From the NCBI GenBank assembly GCA_044345055.1, contig JBIJBT010000049.1:1-21474 (forward strand): a stretch of DNA of 21,474 nucleotides, given 5' to 3'. Below the pieces are notes generated by a model, which did not search any database, was not told where the DNA came from, and saw only the letters and a program-made list of their open reading frames with translations. Positions 16,757 through 21,474 of this stretch are shown in pieces (position 1 is the stretch's first letter; every line of letters starts with the position of its first letter). Source of the DNA: Bdellovibrionota bacterium (GTDB lineage: Bacteria; Bdellovibrionota_C; UBA2361; OMIW01). The position numbers were made by a program, and so were the translations under genes.

Positions 16757-16958
16757 AGCCTCTTAAAACTCCGATAGTGATCGAACAGATAGCGCGAATT
16801 CCGACCACAATGATAGCGGCGCGTGTGGCGAGGGTTGTTATGCTTATTCCGTTCCGCCATCCCTCTACTCCAACAACCAATAGGCTGATAAGAGAGAAAA
16901 TAGCGAATGCATAACGGACATACCTAAATGAATCTTCCCTTTCCATCACGCGACTCAC
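16734..16958 (-). CDS. Small two-TM hypothetical protein coupled to flhG and fliA
   Basis: GTG start overlaps the flhG TGA (GTGA). The 3' end overlaps the fliA start by 23 nt. Two hydrophobic segments. Confidence 0.65.
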   Translation of the reverse strand: MSRVMEREDSFRYVRYAFAIFSLISLLVVGVEGWRNGISITTLATRAAIIVVGIRAICSITIGVLRGYEEIQGS

Positions 16959-17890
16959 GGAGCGTCCTGCCTAAATAAACTTTCTTGCCGGTTTAAAATG
17001 TCCTGAAAAAAGAGTTGGAGGCCGCCGCGAACCTGTGGTTCTTCATAAGCCTCATCGACATACTTAGCGAGTTTCCTTAAGGACAATCCTGCTTTTGAAC
17101 TAGGAAAAATTTCTAACAACGGTCTATGTCGGGAGATCGCCTCCGAAACTGCTGGGTCGTGGGGGATATAGCCACAATACGAAACCGATGTTCTTAAAAA
17201 CCGCTCGCACGAATGTATTAATCGCGAGGCCGCTCGATACGCAACTCGCTCAGGCTCGTCATCGAATGCAGAGACATTGTTTACAATTAGTGAGAGTTTG
17301 GTCTCTCCGTAGTGGTTTACTAGGATTTTAATTAGGGCGTAGGCATCAGCGATAGCCGTTGGTTCCGGGGTCACAACGACGAGCACCTCGGAAGAAACAG
17401 CATTAAAATACATCACATCGGGCCCGATTCCGGCCTGAGTGTCGATTATTAGATAATCATACCCTCGAGCAACGGTCTCAAGCTCGGCGCACATCCGCAT
17501 ACGCTGGTCAGAACTAAGGAGTGCGAGCGATTCGACACCAGAGGCTGCGGGGATAATCGAAACTCCGTGCGGTGTCTCCGTGATCGCCTCAGAGAGCGGC
17601 ATTTCTCCAACAATAACCTGTTCAATGGTTTTTCGCGGCTCGACCCCAAACATCACATCGACATTCGCAAGTCCCAGATCACAGTCCATCAACAATACTC
17701 GATACCCCTGATCAACGAGAGCAATTGAGAGATTTACCGCTGTATTTGTCTTTCCAACTCCCCCCTTTCCGCTCGTGACACTGATTACGCGGGGAATTCC
17801 CTGGATGGGCGGGATTCTTCGAAGCATAGAGCCACGTTCCGGCTTTAGTGATTCCCGTACCCGCTTCGATCCTTTCTGGTCGCTTTTCAT
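16955..17890 (-). CDS. flhG: FlhG/FleN, MinD-like flagellar number regulator ATPase
   Basis: Deviant Walker A SGKGGVGKT, DCDLGLANVD, IIDTQAG, TPEPTAIADAYALIK and amphipathic C-terminal GGLQLFFQDIL. Flagellar operon context. Confidence 0.9.
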   Translation of the reverse strand: MKSDQKGSKRVRESLKPERGSMLRRIPPIQGIPRVISVTSGKGGVGKTNTAVNLSIALVDQGYRVLLMDCDLGLANVDVMFGVEPRKTIEQVIVGEMPLSEAITETPHGVSIIPAASGVESLALLSSDQRMRMCAELETVARGYDYLIIDTQAGIGPDVMYFNAVSSEVLVVVTPEPTAIADAYALIKILVNHYGETKLSLIVNNVSAFDDEPERVAYRAASRLIHSCERFLRTSVSYCGYIPHDPAVSEAISRHRPLLEIFPSSKAGLSLRKLAKYVDEAYEEPQVRGGLQLFFQDILNRQESLFRQDAP

Positions 17891-17977
17891 ATCACCTGCT
17901 CAAATTGACCGTTATCTTCTCGCACTTCCCACTGATTCCATTCCGAGCATCAGCGGAACTCGATCCCCGACAAACAC

Positions 17978-20047
17978 TCACCCCTCAACCGTCAATACTC
18001 CCAATGATTGAACCCGAACATTGGGTGCAACCTCGTTGTGACTAATCACCGCATACCCCGGCACAAATCGCTCACAGAATCGAGCAATCGCGGCTCGCAG
18101 ATGAGCTGGAACAAGAAGGAGCGGTGTGTATCCCTGTTCCATAAACTTCTCTGACATCTTCGAGAGACGATGAATCATCATCTGCGCGAAGGGAGGATCT
18201 AGAGCAAGGAAGCTCCCCTCATCAGTTTGCTGCACTGCCTCAGAGAGACGCCTCTCCACTGGCGGCGCAATTGATGCAAGCGGAAGCACTCCGGTTGGAC
18301 TGGTATAGCGAGCTGTAATTGTTCGCGACATACGCCGCCGAACAAACTCCGCTAGCCGTTCCGGATGCTTAACATTCGGCGCCCAATCGGCGAGAGTCTC
18401 AAGAATCCCCTTCAGATCCCGAATACTCACCTGCTCTCGCAGTAACGTCTGAAGCACCTGCTGCACCTGCCCAACACTCAGATGAGTTGGTACCAACTCT
18501 TCGATCACCTTCGGTGAATCTTTTGCGATATTATCCAGCAGCTGTTGAACTTCCTGTCGACCTAACAGCTCGTGCATGTGAACACGGAGAATCTCCGTCA
18601 AATGAGTTGCAACGACCGTCGTCAAATCGACAACGGTATAACCTGTAAACTGCGCCCGTTCCTTCTCATGTTCCGGAATCCAGAGCGCATCCAATCCGAA
18701 TGCTGGCTCCTTCGTTGGTATCCCCTGCAAGGGTGATGCCACCGATCCTGGGTCCATAGCGAGAAGATAGCGCGGCTTTAATTCACCCTTTGCCACGACT
18801 GCTCCCCGAAGGAGCAGTCGATATTCTGACGATGGAATCCGCACGTTGTCCTTGATATGGATCGGCGGAACAATAAATCCATATTCGGTTGCAAATTGAC
18901 GCCGAAGATTTCTGATTCTCTCAACGAGGTCGCCACCATCAACGAGATGAACTAGCTCAAATCCGATCTCAAGCTCCAGTGTGTCGAGCCCTAATAGACC
19001 TAATACCTCCTCGGTGCTTCCTGGCTTTGGAGTATTTTCATCTATCGGGGTCTCAAGTTTCGCCGGTTTTGCTTCCTCCTCTTTAGCGGCCCGACGGCGA
19101 ACATACGCAACAGCCCCCACCGCTACACTCAGGATCATGAATGGAAAAAAAGGTAGCCCCGGAACCAGAGCAAATCCGCCACATACCGCCGATGTCAGCA
19201 CCAGTGGGCGTGTCGATCCCGAAAGTTGACGAAATACATCTGCGTTCAGGTCCTCACCAGAACCGGCGCGGGTGACGATAAGTCCAGCTGCAGTCGAGAT
19301 AATAATGGCGGGTATTTGGCTCACAAGCCCATCACCGATCGTCAAAAGGCTATAGGTCTGGGCAGCGGTCATCCAGTCCATTCCCTTTTGCGCGACCCCG
19401 ATAATTAATCCCCCGACAATATTTATGCCGGTGATAAAAAGCCCAGCAACAGCGTCTCCACTTACGAATTTCGCGGCACCATCCATCGATCCATAAAACT
19501 CAGCCTCTTGCTGAACCTCTTTTCGGCGCTGTCTTGCCTCTGTCTCTTTAATCATCCCCGTATTGAGATCTGAATCGATCGCCATCTGTTTACCGGGCAT
19601 ACCATCGAGGGTAAATCGGGCGGCAACTTCAGCGATACGCCCCGAACCCTTAGTGATAACCTTCAAGTTTACGATGCTTATCACGATAAACATCACAAAC
19701 CCGATGATGTAATTCCCTCCAACAACGAATTCTCCAAACGCTCTAATGACACTTCCGGCAGCTTCGTGCCCTCGGTCACCATTGAGCAAAATAAGGCGAG
19801 TCGCCGCCACGTTCATTGAAAGTCGGAAGAGGGTTGTAACAAGGAGGAGTGCCGGAAACGCAGAAAACGAGAGCGGGCGTTCGATATAAAGCGATACAAA
19901 AAGTATCACGAGCGATATCGTGATATTGAGCGCGATGCACACATCAAGGAGTTCCGTTGGGAGCGGAAGTACCAGGATCAGCAGCACCCCTATAAGAGAT
20001 ACTGGTATCGCCAGCGATTGAAGAATCCGAATTCGCGATTCTGCCAT
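17978..20047 (-). CDS. flhA: Flagellar export gate protein FlhA
   Basis: FSAFP.LLL.TTLFRL, RIAEVAARFTLDGMPGKQMAID, FYGSMDGAAKFV, IGDGLVSQIP and EPAFGL. ATG 20047 follows AAGGA. Confidence 0.96.
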   Translation of the reverse strand: MAESRIRILQSLAIPVSLIGVLLILVLPLPTELLDVCIALNITISLVILFVSLYIERPLSFSAFPALLLVTTLFRLSMNVAATRLILLNGDRGHEAAGSVIRAFGEFVVGGNYIIGFVMFIVISIVNLKVITKGSGRIAEVAARFTLDGMPGKQMAIDSDLNTGMIKETEARQRRKEVQQEAEFYGSMDGAAKFVSGDAVAGLFITGINIVGGLIIGVAQKGMDWMTAAQTYSLLTIGDGLVSQIPAIIISTAAGLIVTRAGSGEDLNADVFRQLSGSTRPLVLTSAVCGGFALVPGLPFFPFMILSVAVGAVAYVRRRAAKEEEAKPAKLETPIDENTPKPGSTEEVLGLLGLDTLELEIGFELVHLVDGGDLVERIRNLRRQFATEYGFIVPPIHIKDNVRIPSSEYRLLLRGAVVAKGELKPRYLLAMDPGSVASPLQGIPTKEPAFGLDALWIPEHEKERAQFTGYTVVDLTTVVATHLTEILRVHMHELLGRQEVQQLLDNIAKDSPKVIEELVPTHLSVGQVQQVLQTLLREQVSIRDLKGILETLADWAPNVKHPERLAEFVRRRMSRTITARYTSPTGVLPLASIAPPVERRLSEAVQQTDEGSFLALDPPFAQMMIHRLSKMSEKFMEQGYTPLLLVPAHLRAAIARFCERFVPGYAVISHNEVAPNVRVQSLGVLTVEG

Positions 20048-20130
20048 GGACAATTCCTTGTTCAGCGATATTCCTTAGTACCTAAAATCTTGGGAGAGTT
20101 TTTTTCGAACGTTCAGTACTTTCAAAACGT

Positions 20131-21210
20131 TCAATCTCGAGGAGATGTTCCCTTAACTCGATACACATACCCGAGGACCTCAGCAACAGCCCGATATAGC
20201 TCCGCGGGGATCTGTTGCCCCACCTTAACCGATGCATAAAGTGCGCGGGCGAGCGGCTTTCGCTCGACAATAGGCACTCCCGCCTCACGCGCGAGCTCCC
20301 TAATCCGAAGCGCGAGATAACCCGTTCCCTTTGCGACTACTTCTGGAGCATTCATCTTGCCTCGGTCATAGCGAAGCGCGACCGCAAAGTGGGTCGGGTT
20401 TGTAATAACGACATCTGCCTTTGGCACCGCTGAGGCGAGCTTCTGGACGAGACGAGCCCGCGCCTTGCTGATCATTTTTCGCTTTGTCGCCTCATCCCCC
20501 TGACTATTCTTTTGTTCGTCCTTGACCTCCTGCTTGGTCATGTTGTTTTGTCGATGCCAACGATATTTCCCGTACACATAGTCGATCGCTGCTATTGCAA
20601 CAAAGACAATAGTCAAACGCCAAAAGACCTTTTTTATTCCTACTCCGGAAAAAAGGAGAACTCCCTCGATACCCCGAAACGGAAGAAGGACCGCCTCTGT
20701 GGTCGCACTCTGAATAGCAAAGTAGGCAATCGGTGCAACAAGTGCGAGCTTTACTATCGCTTTTAGGGTATTAAAAAAGCCAGTTGGCGATATGATTCGT
20801 CGTAATCCTGAGATCGGATTGAGGGCACTAAAACGGAACCGAATTATCGACGCTTTTACGTTCCACTGCGTCTGAATCATCACAGCCAACGTTGCCACAA
20901 GGCTATTCATGACAAGCAACAACAATAAGAGAGGGCTTATCTTCCAAAATGCCCAAAGAAACCAGTGAGCGACATTGTTCGCATTCAACCGCTCCATCGA
21001 AGCAAGCGACCCGAGCGTTCCGCGCATAATCTCGCGCATTCCCTGAAATAAAGCGGGAGTAATCCTCGATATGATCATAAACGCGACAACTAGTGTCGCC
21101 ATCTGTGCAACCTCTGACGAAAAATAAACCTGCCCCTCCCCCCGCATCTTCTCGAGAGTTCGCCCTGTAGGCAGCTCTGTTCTTTCATCGGGCGAGGAAT
21201 ATTCGGCCAC
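20131..21210 (-). CDS. flhB: Flagellar export switch protein FlhB
   Basis: ERTELPT, LNPISG, MTKQEVKDE, NPTH autocleavage motif, AP.VVAKG and PLARALY. Confidence 0.95.
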   Translation of the reverse strand: MAEYSSPDERTELPTGRTLEKMRGEGQVYFSSEVAQMATLVVAFMIISRITPALFQGMREIMRGTLGSLASMERLNANNVAHWFLWAFWKISPLLLLLLVMNSLVATLAVMIQTQWNVKASIIRFRFSALNPISGLRRIISPTGFFNTLKAIVKLALVAPIAYFAIQSATTEAVLLPFRGIEGVLLFSGVGIKKVFWRLTIVFVAIAAIDYVYGKYRWHRQNNMTKQEVKDEQKNSQGDEATKRKMISKARARLVQKLASAVPKADVVITNPTHFAVALRYDRGKMNAPEVVAKGTGYLALRIRELAREAGVPIVERKPLARALYASVKVGQQIPAELYRAVAEVLGYVYRVKGTSPRD

Positions 21211-21232
21211 AGTAACCTGGGTAAAGAGAGAT

Positions 21233-21260
21233 TAAGTAAACACCGGTACACGACCGATAT
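21233..21260 (+). promoter_or_regulatory. Putative sigma28-like promoter pointing away from flhB
   Basis: TAAG-N16-ACCGATAT versus consensus TAAA-N15/16-GCCGATAW. Confidence 0.4.
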
Positions 21261-21290
21261 CTGGGAGATTTTCGGACCCATCAGGGTAGG

Positions 21291-21306
21291 AGCAAGGGTC
21301 GTGCCA
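21291..21306 (-). promoter_or_regulatory. sigma54 (-24/-12) promoter of the flhB-flhA-flhG-orf-fliA operon
   Basis: Minus strand reads TGGCACG-ACCC-TTGCT, a perfect consensus match, about 80 nt upstream of the flhB start. Confidence 0.85.
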
Positions 21307-21440
21307 GGAAAATGGCGTAGATAAGGCGGTTTTTCACGCCGAAAGGAGCATGTGGTAGTGTAAGAGCGTCAATGGGGTGACGCGGCTTGGAACGCTTGTT
21401 GAAGATTAGGAAGGAAGAGTAGGGTGGAGAGACGGTTAAT

Positions 21441-21474
21441 ATGAAATCGTCGGTAATACAGCTATTCGAGATGC
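21441..21474 (+). CDS. Possible start of a divergent gene (MKSSVIQLFEM...), truncated by the window edge
   Basis: ATG 21441 preceded by GGAGAG; only 11 codons are visible. Confidence 0.35.
   Translation, partial: MKSSVIQLFEM

Noticed and set aside
20103..20133. AACGTTCA repeated twice between flhB and flhA
   Set aside because: Short, overlaps the flhB stop, and matches no regulator motif I can support.
17978..21210. Possible non-flagellar injectisome genes (SctV/SctU)
   Set aside because: Linkage to flhG and fliA and the sequence features favour flagellar FlhA/FlhB. Whether a filament is actually built cannot be judged from this window.

Overview
A bacterial chromosomal window of roughly 50% GC; the gene content suggests a deltaproteobacteria-like or Bdellovibrionota-like organism (inference). 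Left part: a partial TM+PAS sensor gene missed by the ORF track (1-650, -), ridA, rsmA, tsaD, a diheme c-type cytochrome lipoprotein, an ECF sigma factor, a DUF1844 protein, a DsbA-family oxidoreductase, a PLP enzyme and radC. Middle: a small orphan ORF, a DUF1611 + enolase-superfamily epimerase pair (DgcN/DgcA-like), an AAA_14/DUF4143 ATPase, a small lipoprotein, a solitary argC and a disordered Q/E-rich orphan. Right part: a flagellar operon flhB-flhA-flhG-(2-TM ORF)-fliA behind a perfect sigma54 promoter. Most notable: (1) flhF is absent from its usual position, the FlhF-activating motif of FlhG looks decayed, and a coupled small membrane ORF precedes fliA; (2) a sigma28-like promoter faces the sigma54 promoter of the operon that encodes sigma28; (3) a family of short MITE/REP-like palindromes, two of which bracket the ATPase+lipoprotein cassette; (4) the cytochrome appears to carry His and Cys where distal Met ligands are expected. 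All calls come from reading the sequence; no searches were run.
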